A stretch of DNA of 35,679 nt from Tubiluchus corallicola (taxonomy: Eukaryota > Animalia > Priapulida). A program made the position numbers and the translations under genes. The stretch covers positions 1 to 35,679 of the forward strand of contig JAQGDQ010001539.1 of NCBI GenBank assembly GCA_030141605.1. The letters are read 5' to 3'. The notes under the pieces are model-generated. The model worked only from the letters and a program-made list of their open reading frames with translations, did not search any database and was not told the origin of the DNA. Shown here one piece after another: positions 23,201 through 35,467 of the stretch. The number at the start of each line of letters is the position of its first letter. Position 1 is the first letter of the stretch.

Positions 23201-25785
23201 CAAGTGAAAGAACATACATTCTAGTATAATTGTAGTTTTAGAGTTAAAGGCAAACGCATTGTTGAAGAACTGAAGCAAGTTTCAAAATGGCAGGATTGTG
23301 CGTAAAAATAACGCAGCGCGAAGTTTTTGTGAAGATAAAAATGAAAACGAAGGTTCTAAATCCCTGGTGTTTTGTTATATGCTTTCCAAGCACCTCAGTG
23401 CAAGGTACATTAATGCCCATTTATATCCCTATGAATTTGGTTATTAATTTTTCTGTTATCTGTTAGTAAGAACACAATACTTGTTTAAAACCTAAAGCTA
23501 GCAGCCAGAAGAGTTATTAGCAAGAAAGTCAGCAAGCTACTAAAGATGCAAACTTTAACTCATGAAGAGCTCGCTTTTGTCCTAATAATGCCGCATGTTT
23601 GGTTGTCTGCCTACTTGCCTACGTGTATTCCAGCTTGTACGCTTAACTTTTTAGTACTTTTCCGTCTGTTGACAGTTCAGCATGTGTGCAGCCATTATTA
23701 TGCTCTTTAAAAACCTTTTACATATCGCTTTTGACAATGTATAGAATCATTCATGGAAAATTTAGAAAGTTTTACTTACTTTCGGGAACAGCAGTTTAAA
23801 CACAGACAAACTGCATATTCCAAATATCAGTATTATTTGTTCAAATTCTTTCAGGATAAGAAGGAAGATGGAAAAGCAAAGGAAAAATCAAAAGTTCCCT
23901 TCTGGAAAGTTGAAAGGAAGCAAACTGCTGACGATTTTACGCTGAACCACATGGTATCGAACTTTAATCATTATTCATTTCTTTACTAGATAAAACAAAG
24001 GAACGAACTAAAATGTACGACCAAACAAAAAACAGACAAAGAAATGAAATAATGGACAAGACGCTTTACCGGGAGACGCTTTACCAAAATCTATGCCTAC
24101 TTAATAATGTTTTTATGCACAAAAACTATGAATAAAAAATATTTTGCTGTGGAAAAATGAACGTGATTTTACTAACGCCTACCCTAATCATTATACAGAA
24201 GTATGAAACTGATACTTCTTTTTGTGAACATGTGTGAACACGTCAAATTTCATGGACACTTTTTGAAGAAAGCCTGTCACCTATGTCCTCGGTACAGACA
24301 CTTTCGTTTCGAAAAAATCTATATAGGTGGCAGTTTTAAATACTGTTAGATTCAAAATGGCGGCCAAACTTCAAAATGGCTGCCAAGCGATAGTAGTATT
24401 TCTTAATATGTGAATAAAACCTGACAGGATGGTCCCATTGTCACGATTTTTGTTAACCAAAACGAAATTTTACATTATTTTTGAAAAACTATCGAGAATT
24501 TCACACCGAAATCTAAAAATAAAAGTATGTTCAAATGTCTAAAAAATTTTGATGTTTTCTTACTAGCCTGGTAACTCATGCTCAAAATAAAAAAATACTC
24601 AAGCTCGTGCACATGCCAGGAAAACGCCTGGATTACAGTTTTTAATTACTTCAGATGATAGAGTGAACTTCAGTGCTTACTGCCTATGTGGCAGTAATAA
24701 TTTTCAGGTAGGCGCCGTCATGATAATTTTGAGACCACACTAAAATTCCATGTTAATGCAAATTTGTACACGACTAGAGACTACACAATGTTGTAGCCAT
24801 GTAAGTATTTAACAGTTTACCTCTTTCTGATATTAATTTTCTATGGACCATTGTATTCAACTGCATAGTAATCGGGGGATCATTTTCAATAGCCCTTCGT
24901 GGCTGACTACTCTAAAAAACTGCCCCATTTCAAAATAACCCAGAAAATGTGTTTATCTAAGTCTTGTTTAAAAACTCAAAATCTTTAGAAAATGGCCGCC
25001 GTTTAGAGTCTAACAACATTTCGGACTGCTACCTATGTTTTGTTTTCACTGAGCTTGCGTTTTATACAACTAAACAGGTGCCGTGCCTTCTTCATAAAAC
25101 ACCAGCGAGATTACATTCGATATATACTGTACGAAATTCTAAAAAAATCCTGAGAAATAGTTTCACATTGCTTAGCCTTTACTCAACGAACAAGGCACTG
25201 ACCTCTCTGCTTGTCCACCGCAAGTTGACATTTATATAACTTTCAAGGAAAACTTGAAAAGTACTATAAATATTTCTGTAATGTTACCAATGTGACCAAT
25301 GGTACAAAAACGTGATAACAATCAGCAAAAAGGAAAGTCTATAAACTAGCAGCTATTCAAGTCTCAAGTGCTAAAGACCAAACTTGTGAGTAAATATAAG
25401 AAAAATAATTGTAAACCACAATGCAAGTATGATGATCTGTAATGTTACGAATAATGTGATACTTCGAGCATATTGTTGGGGTGTTATTCGGTATTATTTC
25501 TGCTTTCGTCTTTGGCAAGGTCTTGGTCAAGCAAACACCAAAAGCGAGGTCATCTCGGTCGGCATTTATTGGAGAGTTTAGAAGAAGGAACTTTAAGTTT
25601 GGCAAAGGTCGCAACAGCAGATCCCTGATGCAAGTTTTACATTCGTAACGTTACAATGATTAGTCATTTATAATTTTTATTTTTAATTCAAAATAATTTA
25701 TTGATTTAACACTACATCCTAATATTAAATTAGTTGTAATTATTCTGACTAACACCTGGAAATGTTGGACTGGTTGGTGATCTGG

Positions 25786-25843
<58 letters not shown>

Positions 25844-28800
25844 CTGACTAGGGTTGACTGTATGGCTACCGTGGTCTATATGTGTTCCTATGTGGTCTAC
25901 GTGGTCTCGACAGTTCCTTCCGACAAAATTTACAAAATGTGGGTTCATTCCATCACATTATAAGGATATTATGAGAATACAAAATTCTCATTACCTCGAT
26001 GTTTGTATTAAAGTCAGGATTGGACTATCTTCGGTAGTTTAAGTTGCAATAACACTTTCTGCCGTTTGTGAGCAAATAGCAGCTCCAGCTCAGCAATAAG
26101 AAGCTTTTGCAGAAATTTTAGTTTTGTTCACAAGAATGATATCGTTGGTTTTCCCTGCAAAAGTAGTTCGGTGGCACACAGCAATAGAATTTTGTTAAAG
26201 GAAATGACAAGTCACTTAGCATGTTAGGTTTATTTTATTGTTATCCGTTAATCTTGGAAAAATATAACAAAGAAATTTGCAAAAAACTGTCTATAAAGCA
26301 TAAACTTAACCTACACTACTGCTGAATAGAAGATTAAAGCTGATGACCGCCATTCACTTGAAAATCAAGACGTAACTGGTGGACTGCCGGACCGTCTGTA
26401 AGCAAACGCAGTTTAATTAATTCAATTAATTCTGCAGCTTATCTAAACGGAGTTCAAATTTTTCCCGATCATTGAAATAAGCTTTAATTCCCGGAAGGCT
26501 TGGCCTTTCCTTTAAGTAAAAAACAAAAAATAACAAATAGGAAAATACTTTGGCAAAAAAACTTTATTAAATCTTCTGGGCTCTTAATCTAACGAAAACT
26601 GTCCTATAAGCAGAAAAATAGAGCATTTCATTTGTGTACGTACGGAGAAAAAGAAGAACAGCGAACCTAAAATGTTTCAACGTGTGTATCCTATAAATAG
26701 CTGTACTATTGTATATTTCATTTCCATTTTATTATTTTCTAGGAACCCGAAATACATCTGGTCCCTCTAAGAAGTCATGATATTGTGGGTCTTGGAGTTC
26801 AGATAGAAGGCAACATGACTGACGGAATTTACATTTCTCGAGTGCTGAGCAGGGGTCCGGCAAGCGAATCCGGAAAAATTCGAAAAGGTAAAACTCCATT
26901 TGTCACATAAATTTCACCAAAATCAAATTAACTTTAAGGTTAGTGCCCTTTAAAAAAAATGAAAATGACAGACGTCAATGAAAGTGTATAAATTATCCTG
27001 TCTTATGGTGACTATTGCTCACGTCTTTACGCTGTTACTACTTCATCATTCAAAATCAATTCTGCCTTGTGTTTTTTAATGTTTCGAAAAATTTTTGTTG
27101 TTTGTTAATTTACATTTTGTACAACGAATCTACAGTCTCTTCTGAAAAACACTATCCAGTGAGGAGCGTAGATCTGGAACGACATAATATCGTTGAGTAA
27201 GTTCATTAATCAGCGTCAGGGAGTCAGTTTGTCAGTCAGTGAGTTAATTGTGTAAAGTTGATCATGATTTTGTCAATTTGTCAGCCAGATATGTATGTTA
27301 GATAATTAGAATTTTGCAAGTTATTCAGTCCGTAAGTTAATCTGTTTCAGTAAATTTTTAGCCAGTCAAGTTTCAGTCACCCTATAAGTTGTGGTTACCT
27401 AGGCAGTCACTAAGTTAGCACGTCACCTAGTTAGTCAGTAAGTCATTAAGTCAGTCCAGCGCCATTGTCAGATCAGGATCAATTAGACTAAACAATTTAC
27501 AGTCAGTAAGTCATTCATATTCAGTCAGCCAGTAACTCACAAAGGAATGAGTGAGTTAGGGAATCGCAAGACCAAATAATAAAAGGGTTGGCAGAAAATA
27601 TTTTTGGTAATAACGAAATTACGATAGTTACGGAGCGAGATGGGATGAGTGTGCCCTGTCGCTATTGTGCACCTACTTACTGACTGAAGTTATGCAACGT
27701 CAAATCTGGACATTAAATGACTGTGTACTAAGAAAACTGCATCTGTGAAGTTTCATCTGCGATATTGTCCCTGGTTGCTTATCTCTTTAAAAGCGGAAGC
27801 ATACAAATGGGGACGTGGACTCATTTCCGGGTTCGGTTTCACGTCATCACTAAATTAACAACGTCGTTATTACATCACTTAATTATTAATAGCGACATCA
27901 TTACGTTAGTGACGGCTTTGTGCACCTGGGCCCCGGTTCGGTTTCATTTTAGAGGGTCACAGTCAGTAATATAATACGTCACACAAGACGATCTTTTCGT
28001 GGTAAGCCCTTGTCCCCAAGTACTCGACTCCAGCTTGTAGAGTACTGAAGTGTACAAAGAATGTTATTATGCCAAATCAGATCTTTCAGCATTTACAATA
28101 ATTGTATTTCTGTTTTATCATTATGGTCTTGCGGCGCTATCTGTATATTATAAATGCTGAATAAGCAAAATTGACACCTCTTATTTGATCTAATTGAATC
28201 GTCAACGCCAACACAAGATCATTTTGCTGACACCTGTGTTCCATTTATCATTTGCAGATGAAGTGCTCTGATCCTATACTATTAGAACAGGTCTACTTTC
28301 AAGACATGTAAACTATCTACATCAATTTCCTAGTGGTTGCGGAATAGCGTGAACCTCATAATTCCACAACTAGCTTTAACTTACAATGAATGCGTCATTA
28401 ACAGTTATATGACAACTTGATCTAAAAGTCCTTAAATCACTCTTAAGGGTATGAAAAAACTCTTCTTAAAAATATTCTGCGCAACAGCCAATGTCTGGCG
28501 CAATTTTTCCTTTTTTCTTTTGTAAATACATTGATGGGCTACATCCATTCATACAGCCCTTCTTAGTCGTGCCCATGAACGTTTGCAAATCATATTTACC
28601 ACGCTCAAGTGAAACTAAAGAATTTATGTCAAGTATATACGCAATAAATATTGGTCCAGCAAACTTGGTTCAATGTTTAGAAAGCCTAAATCATTTGATT
28701 TTGCTGGAGAACCACTGACTCGGGGAAAATAAATAAACTATGGGCACAAATACAGTTCATTTTGATGTTGTGCTTGGGAACGTGATCTGACACAGCCCTC

Positions 28801-31800
28801 TTCACTATAATTGCAAATAATCTTCTGCCCTAGTTATGTGGTCATAATCATCATAATTAATAATACTTATATGTTGTTAGGCACTGTTGATTTTTTACTA
28901 AAAACCTATAAAGCATTAATTGAGGAAGCTAAACTCTGATGAGAATAGTACGATCTCAATCCTGTACGGCCTCTTACAAGTTTATGCACTACAACACTAC
29001 GACAGGTTATCACACAATATGAGTATTACGGTTTATCAGACTTGCTAGAACGCAGAAATGCTAAAATGCCCTAGCCCGCTAATAATTCAACAGGTTACAG
29101 TCTACGTTTGGTAAACAGTTAATTCGCTCAATGCTTGCTTTTCGTCTTCCTTTAACAGTCTGGAGTATTTATTTAACTCGACGAAATTAAGGTAAATATA
29201 ATAATCAAGCTTGTAATACCTCTGTGAATTTGGTTAACCAAGCGAAACTCACAATTTGAGAGTTTCTGCGTGTGACGAATCTGTTAAAACAACAGTGCTG
29301 CACTCGCGCTCGGTTTCTCCTAAAACCAAATTGTTTGTTCTTGCTAGTTTACACATTGACTAAACACATTGAAACAACAAAAATTTAGAATAACCAAATA
29401 CGTAAACACCGTCTACTACTTTCCTGGTGTTTGGTGGATGGTTACAAAAAATAAATAAATCAAAGTTTAGTATCGGTTAATCGTTGTCTTAATTTTTTAA
29501 TGTAAACCTTGGCGAGATAAAGCTGCAGTTTCTCGTCCAAATCTTAGGCATTAGTATTATAACATAGAACGAATATTAACAGTTTAATGAAGATAATTAG
29601 GGTAATTAGGATTTGCTTGTGAGCAGCGACTGAGTGTGTCCACGCGCGGAACACTTGATGTTTTCCTATGTCTCAAAGTAATGCTCAGAGTTTATGAACC
29701 TGCGCATTTTTAACCACTTAAATAGAAACAGAAAAGGGCAAATATAGCGTCGGTTTGGAAAGTGTTTCAAAGACATTAGTTAAAATGATTGTTGTTTGTC
29801 TTACGTTGCTGCCCTTTTTTGATTAAATGTTTACTTTTGTGTCGTTGACTGCACAAATTTGGTTCGGTTCAAATCTTTTGAAGTGAACGCTTAATTTTTG
29901 CTTTATTTTATAGTTGATTTTTGTCAGAATTTTAGTCAAAGCTTACTAGTTGGTTAACGTTTCTTTCAAATTTCTATTCAGGTGACAGAATCTTAAGTGT
30001 GCGAGTTTCTTTCCGAAACATCACATTTGAAGATGCACTAACAATTCTTAGCTACGCCTCTCCATACGACGTAGAAATGGAGATACAAAAAGCATTAAAA
30101 ACACCTAAGCCGTCACCAGAAGGAGTGAAGAAAGAAGGATTATATCATCCTATGTATAGAAGCCAGTCCACAAACGCCTTGGACAACTTAGATCTAGATC
30201 GCATAGCCAAAAGGAACCGCAGCAGCGGGATCACATCCAAGAATGTTAGGCCCAAAGTCAAAACACGTGAGGAAGTGGCAAGGACAGCTTCGGAACAGGT
30301 CCAAAGCTCATCGTCCACGCGCAGTCTCAACGAAAAGTTTCTAGTAAATGCAGCAGAACCGAGTGACGTCAAAAACAACAAAATAAATGTTCGCGACATT
30401 GCAATAAGCAGAACACTTGACGAATATGTGGATGGCAGTGAAAAAACAAAGAAGGAGAAACTGAAGGATAAAGACAAAAAGGAGGAGAAGAAAAGCAAGA
30501 AGAAAGAAAAAGACAAAGATGGCAAGAAAGACAAGAAAAAGGAAAAACAGAAGCGAAAAGAAGATGAAAAAGAAATAGATGTAACAAATAAAGAAAACGT
30601 TATTATTAAGAAAAAAGATGAAAAGAAAGATAAGAAGAAAGATTCATCATCATCGTCATCTTCTTCGTCGTCTTCTTCTTCTTCATCTTCAGAAAGCGAC
30701 GACAAAGACAAAGGTGAGAAAAAGAAGAAAAAGCAAAAGAAAGAAAAAAGTGGAAAGCATATGCCCGGAGCAGTACAAGTCATGCCAACAGTAGCAAGTG
30801 AAAAAAGCCAGAAAGCTTCAGCACCAGCTCCACCTACAAGGTCACCAAAGAAAATTGAAAAAGAGGAAAAAGACGAAAAAATATTTGTTGTCCCTCCGTT
30901 ACCGAAAGTTCCTCCTCCTGAAGAGAATTTGGATATTGTTAGCTATGAGACTACATCTACTTTAAAAATTGAGCGAGGGGCACCACCTGACGTAATAGCA
31001 TCTTCAATCTCTGACTCTCAATCTGGCCCAATGAGAACAAAGAGAATGTCTTCATCACTCGAAGACGTGTCCAATGAAAATGATCCTGATGAATTGGTGC
31101 ATGCATCTAAACGAGCAAAGGCCATGAGTCTTGGACAAATAGAAGTGCACTTGCCAACACCTACAAAAAGAAAGAAACGTCATGCGCCTCTGCATCCAGG
31201 AGCTGTTGAAGAAGGATATGACTTTGACAGTTACGCTCACGGGAGTGACCACGATGAGAAACCAGATTTCATTAAGCTGAATTACACTCAGCAGAAATTT
31301 TTAAGTGATCCCAGCCTTTCTCCTGGACAGGAGAAAAAGGAAGAGTGGAAAAACATTGAAAGGGCCCAAAGCGCAGATGACGGGATAAATAGGAATCAAG
31401 GTAAACAGAAGTTTGTGTTTGAGGAGAGACTAAGTACAAATTTAGAAAATTCTGTTACAGACTTGGATAAAATTGATGAAGGAGTGCAGGTCTTGCATGG
31501 TAAATATGAACTAGAGACAACTCAACAGAAACACCGCAAATTGAGTTCCTCAAGCAGTAGTTCATCTAGTGGGACTGAGATGGCTGCTCCAACAGAGCGT
31601 CCACCACCACCTCCATTAGACGATGAACCAGTAGAAACACATGCAGCTACTGTAATAAAATTACAGCCAGAACAGCCACAAGATCACATAATTGAAACGA
31701 AAACAAGGACGACAGTCGTGACAAAAACATTAGTCACCAATGTACCCGTGAACATGGAACTAGAAAGTGCCAGTCTGAAGCCACAGCAAGTAGCTTTTGC

Positions 31801-33795
31801 AAGCGATGTCAGAAGCAGGAGCAGTTCAAGTTCGAGTTCGAGTTCATCTGAAAGCAGCCACAAAGCAGACAAGAAACCAAAACAGGCTGAATTTGATGGG
31901 GAAGTTACTCCATATAATGTTGTAACTCCTACCGTAACAGTAGAGAGGGAATTCACGAGTTCTTCAGATGTTCCAATAGAGGAAGCTCCGATACACATAC
32001 AAAAAGTGAAGAGTGAAAAGCCAGTTGAATCACCTGAAAGAAAGGAAGAAAGACGTCGGCGTCTTTTACAAATGGTTGCTTTAGCGCATGAACTTCCACC
32101 AAGTGAAACTTCTCCAGTAAAAGAAAACTTGATGTCACCTAGTTTAACAAAGCTTGTTCAGGAAGTTAGTCCAAAGCAACATAAAACTATAGAAGAGACA
32201 TACTATTTAACTGATGAAGGAAAGGAAGTGATTGAGCTTAGTGAAGATGAACTGGACGAAGTTTGTCCTTCACCTTATAAACTATTAGTAGAGGGGAAAA
32301 AACCTGAACCTACTCGTTCTACTCGAGAAGGCTTTGAATTTTGGTCATATGAAGAAAAGCCACCTAGCAGTATATCAGATGTGGAACAATCAAAACCTAT
32401 TATTTTGGTGGATGATTACCCGTCAAATGAAGAGTTGGCATCTCTTGATCGGCAAAAAGTCACAACTAACGTTGTAACAGTCAGTGTGGATCCGTCCAAT
32501 GTAGAACCTGTGGTGCACAAGTCTAGCGTGCCACCAAGAGGACCGGCACGAGTGAAGCAGCAAGAACCAGATCTGATACCTCAAATGATTGTGCCATCAG
32601 TGGAAAGCTCAGATGATTACACCAGCTCAGAACAAGTAAGTACATGTATGCTAATAGTACTATATCCAGCTGATAAGCGTTAAGAGTTACTTAAACTTTA
32701 TTAATTGTACTAATTGTCATGTAATCAGGTATGTTGCCGTGCCCGATTAAGAGTATGATAAATGTGTTAACGTGGTCTAACAATATGTCATGATCTTAAA
32801 TGCTCATTCTTCGGTACTGCCGTAATACATATTGATTTCTATCCATATTTATCCACTATTGTCTATTATATATTACACAGTGGGTGGGAATAGGCCTACA
32901 AGCTATTTTTAAAGCGCTTTGCAATTCTCCTCCATAACCATTTAGGCAAGTAAAAAAATCCAATTTAGATCAATACTATTGCGGTTTATTTGGTTATATA
33001 AACCCACCTTTAACAGCATAGTTGTATCAGTAGATATATACTGCTCAGTTTGTTTATATTCTCCTGTCATTGGGGTATGTGGTGGCATCACTGGTTATTC
33101 CATACGGTATGTGATAACATCAAGTCTATGTCCTTCATTTCATCATCTCAATTATCGCCGTGATTTTCTTGTATTTTGGTTGACCAATAAAAATTAACAT
33201 TGTCATGTAGTGTTAGCAAAATAAAATATGACTACAAAATCAAGAAAGCTTTTTATTAAAAAACAAAATTTTGATATGCCTGATCAGCTTCAAGGTATGT
33301 AAAGTTTTCAGTTTCTAGTGACATCCAAGAAACTGAACTTTCTTTGCAAACCCAGAGATCTGTTCAGTTGGTGGAAAGCTGAGTCTTGCAATAGTAATTT
33401 TTTAGATTTATATTTATTTGTAAGATCATAGTAGTAGACATGGTAGTAGTAGTAGAACATTGTAGCAGATTTATATGTACATATGTAGATCGCTTGTGCA
33501 TTGCTCTAAGATATGAGTCTTCCGTTTTATGATAATAATTGTAATTAAAGTACTTTAGTTTTAAATTTTAATAATTTTAAGACTGTAGGAGTATTTTAAT
33601 TAATTTTGATAATGCTAGCGAACACCTGTAAGCTAAATACTTAGCTGTAAGCATTATTTTCTTAAGGTTGTACCAGCAAGAAGTCAAGTCAGTCACATAA
33701 CCATAAGCTCCACGGCTAAACCTGTGCATGAAGAACGTACCATCACCATTACTTCAACTAAACGGTTAACACCAGGTGGCGACAGCGCAGAGTAA
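13936..33795 (+). CDS. Single-pass membrane protein with periaxin/AHNAK-type PDZ domain; join(13936..14209, 19122..19180, 23855..23953, 26743..26887, 29982..32635, 33667..33795), 1119 aa as assembled
   Basis: Six exons with GT-AG introns in phases 1,0,0,1,0 give one open frame of 3360 nt. The PDZ domain assembles across exons 4 and 5. Additional small exons cannot be excluded. Confidence 0.8.
18317..18846 (+). mobile_element. Non-autonomous DNA transposon with TTAA target site and AG...CT termini (Kolobok/T2-MITE-like), copy 2, apparently complete
   Basis: TTAA-AG at 18317-18322 and CT-TTAA at 18841-18846. Homology to the other two copies begins and ends at these points. TIRs are degenerate. 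Confidence 0.65.
19122..19180 (+). CDS. PDZ gene coding exon 2 (EVPAQADGKASTQPKTKDKK)
   Basis: CTTTTCATTTGCAG acceptor and AAG|GTGGGT donor. The 59 nt bridge phase 1 to phase 0. Confidence 0.7.
19224..19807 (+). mobile_element. Same TTAA-type element, copy 3 (3' end eroded)
   Basis: Begins TTAAAGCAAA like copy 2 and shares TCTTAAACTGT, AAAATATTGAAA, GGAATTATTACCA, TACTGTAGCACTGTACTTCA and ATTTAATTATCAGAAACGCTTT. Confidence 0.65.
21920..22401. mobile_element. Old foldback/MITE remnant with ~120-bp degenerate inverted arms (21920..22045 and ~22285..22401)
   Basis: GGCACAACG (21962-21970) pairs with CGTTGTGCC (22356-22364). TTCAGG/CCTGAA, GAAAAAATCAC/GTGATTTTTTC and CACAATT/AATTGTG are collinear. 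Confidence 0.55.
23855..23953 (+). CDS. PDZ gene coding exon 3 (DKKEDGKAKEKSKVPFWKVERKQTADDFTLNHM)
   Basis: TTCTTTCAG acceptor, ATG|GTATCG donor, 99 nt. It lies within ORF 23753..23989. Confidence 0.75.
24323..25036. mobile_element. Possible MITE with 12-bp terminal inverted repeats
   Basis: ATAGGTGGCAGT (24323-24334) pairs with ACTGCTACCTAT (25025-25036) at 11 of 12 positions. AAAATGGC motifs occur near both ends. No clear TSD. Confidence 0.35.
25786..25842. repeat. (TA)n microsatellite
   Basis: Direct reading. Shorter (TA)n runs occur at ~1316-1338 and ~6749-6771. Confidence 0.95.
26743..26887 (+). CDS. PDZ gene coding exon 4: N-terminal half of the PDZ domain
   Basis: TTTTCTAG acceptor, EPEIHLVPLRSHDIVGLGVQIEGNMTDGIYISRVLSRGPASESGKIRK, and AAG|GTAAAA donor. 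The GLGV loop, GIYI strand and GPA helix are typical of PDZ domains. Absent from the ORF track. Confidence 0.9.
27195..27560. repeat. Degenerate (AGTC/AGTT/AGTA)n tetranucleotide-derived tract
   Basis: Dense GTCAGTCAGT and AGTCAGTAAGTCATT motifs. Confidence 0.6.
29982..32635 (+). CDS. PDZ gene coding exon 5 (2654 nt): C-terminal half of the PDZ domain plus long low-complexity tail
   Basis: TTTCTATTCAG acceptor, GDRILSVRVSFRNITFEDALTILSYASPYDVEMEIQK..., and CAA|GTAAGT donor at 32636. It corresponds to the 894-aa ORF 29999..32683. Confidence 0.92.
33667..33795 (+). CDS. PDZ gene terminal coding exon (VVPARSQ...PGGDSAE*); would end at 33875 if one C is restored
   Basis: TTTTCTTAAG acceptor, phase 0, open for 42 codons with S/T/E/P/V composition like exon 5. 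Confidence 0.7.
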   Translation, partial: VVPARSQVSHITISSTAKPVHEERTITITSTKRLTPGGDSAE

Positions 33796-35467
33796 CTACA
33801 ACAGAGCATCACGTTGAAGAAAGGAGAACTATCAATGTAGAACAGATACATGGCGATACTGCTCACTTATTTTAGAATGAGATCTATTGTTGTTCATTGT
33901 TATAAAGTGTAAAATTTTTAATAATAATCGGTCTACACGTATTCCTGGCAATCATCTATTTTCGAGGTAAATGGATGTTACACAGGTTTTTTGTGAGCAT
34001 CGTAATTTTCAAGTTTCAAATTTTCATTCTTTAAACGGTTAAATTTTTTAATGCATTAGAGTTCTTTATAAGTAACTTGACAATAGGCCTATAGGATGGA
34101 TTTAGTGTACAAGGTCTACATACAACAAATTTAAATAAGGTAAATTGTATTCATCCTCGTACACAAAAATACTTTGGCTGCAAACATGGTCTCCGGGCTT
34201 TGTTTTACTTTGTACGCCACATTTTCTTTTTGAACTGATGTTATGTGAACAACCTTGATTTACGGCTTTAATGTTTGTATCAGTAATTATGATGGTATAA
34301 AGTGTTCTTTAAGCGTTCCTATATAAAGTATGTAAAAATGTTTTGCTTGGTGGCATATTGATTTACATATATCGATTGTACATTGCTCTAAGATATATGA
34401 AACTTGAAACGTTAATGTGTTCTACGATAATAATTGTAATTAAAGTACTTTAGTTTTAAATTTTTGTTCATAAACTCTCATAAAAGCGAGTTTTTTCAAA
34501 GATCATAACAAATTGTCATAAATTAGTGCATAATTATGTAAAAAAAGATCAGGTCACTATTTTATAGAAAATATACATGTTGTCAGTGATCGTGCAATTT
34601 TTATTGTGTGTTGATTTTGTTTTTCTAATGTATAATGATAGTACTCAATTTTAGATAATATGAAAAGGAAATATTCATGGACATTTTTATAATTATGACA
34701 GTTTTTTATTGCATAGACCTTGATTTATTTTTATGATATGCGTAAAAGGTTCTCGACATTGATCGTAGGTCCGCCTAAGAATAAATTTTGCATCAAAATT
34801 ATTATTGTAATTATTAAACAAGAAGCGTTTTTATTAAAAAATAATTTTTTGTTTAGTGATATTGTTCGATTCAACAGCAGCATATGATGGTCCCTGATAA
34901 CTTTGATTTTCCGCATTTTATAATTTCAGACACGTTTACAGCATGAATACATGTCTTACAGTTTTACATGAAGAAAGTTTGTGGGCACCTTACCAATTGT
35001 TTCATGTCACGATTTTCTTAACATTTTTAAAATACTTTATATATGAACGCTTAAAGAACACTTTATACATTATAATTACTGATACAAACATTAAAGCCGT
35101 AAATCAAGGTTGTTCACATAACATCACAATTAGTTCAAAAAGAAAATGTGACGTACAAAGTAAAACAAAGCCTGGAGACATGTTTGCAGCCAAAGTATTT
35201 TTGTGTACGAGGATGAATACAATTTACCTTATTTAAATTTGTTGTATGTAGAGCTTGTACACTAAATCCATCCTATAGGCCAATTGTCAAGTTACTTATA
35301 AAGAACTTTAATGCATTAAAAATTTGAAACTTGAAAATTACGATGCTCACAAAAAACCTGTACAACATCCATTTACCCCGAAAATAGATGATTGCCAGGA
35401 ATACGTGTAGACCGATTATTATTAAACATTTTACACTTTATAACAATGAACAACAATAGATCTCATT

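Noticed and set aside
28400-28720. Minus-strand FKKSFF peptide resembling a LINE ORF2 C-terminus
   Set aside because: The match is too short and the flanking frames contain stops with no further similarity.
30145-30783. Phe/Ser-rich 212-aa minus-strand ORF
   Set aside because: It is the antisense shadow of the Lys/Glu-rich part of exon 5.
32636-32683. End of the 894-aa ORF (VSTCMLIVLYPADKR*)
   Set aside because: It follows a consensus GTAAGT donor and an in-phase downstream exon exists. An intron-retained isoform cannot be excluded but has no support here.
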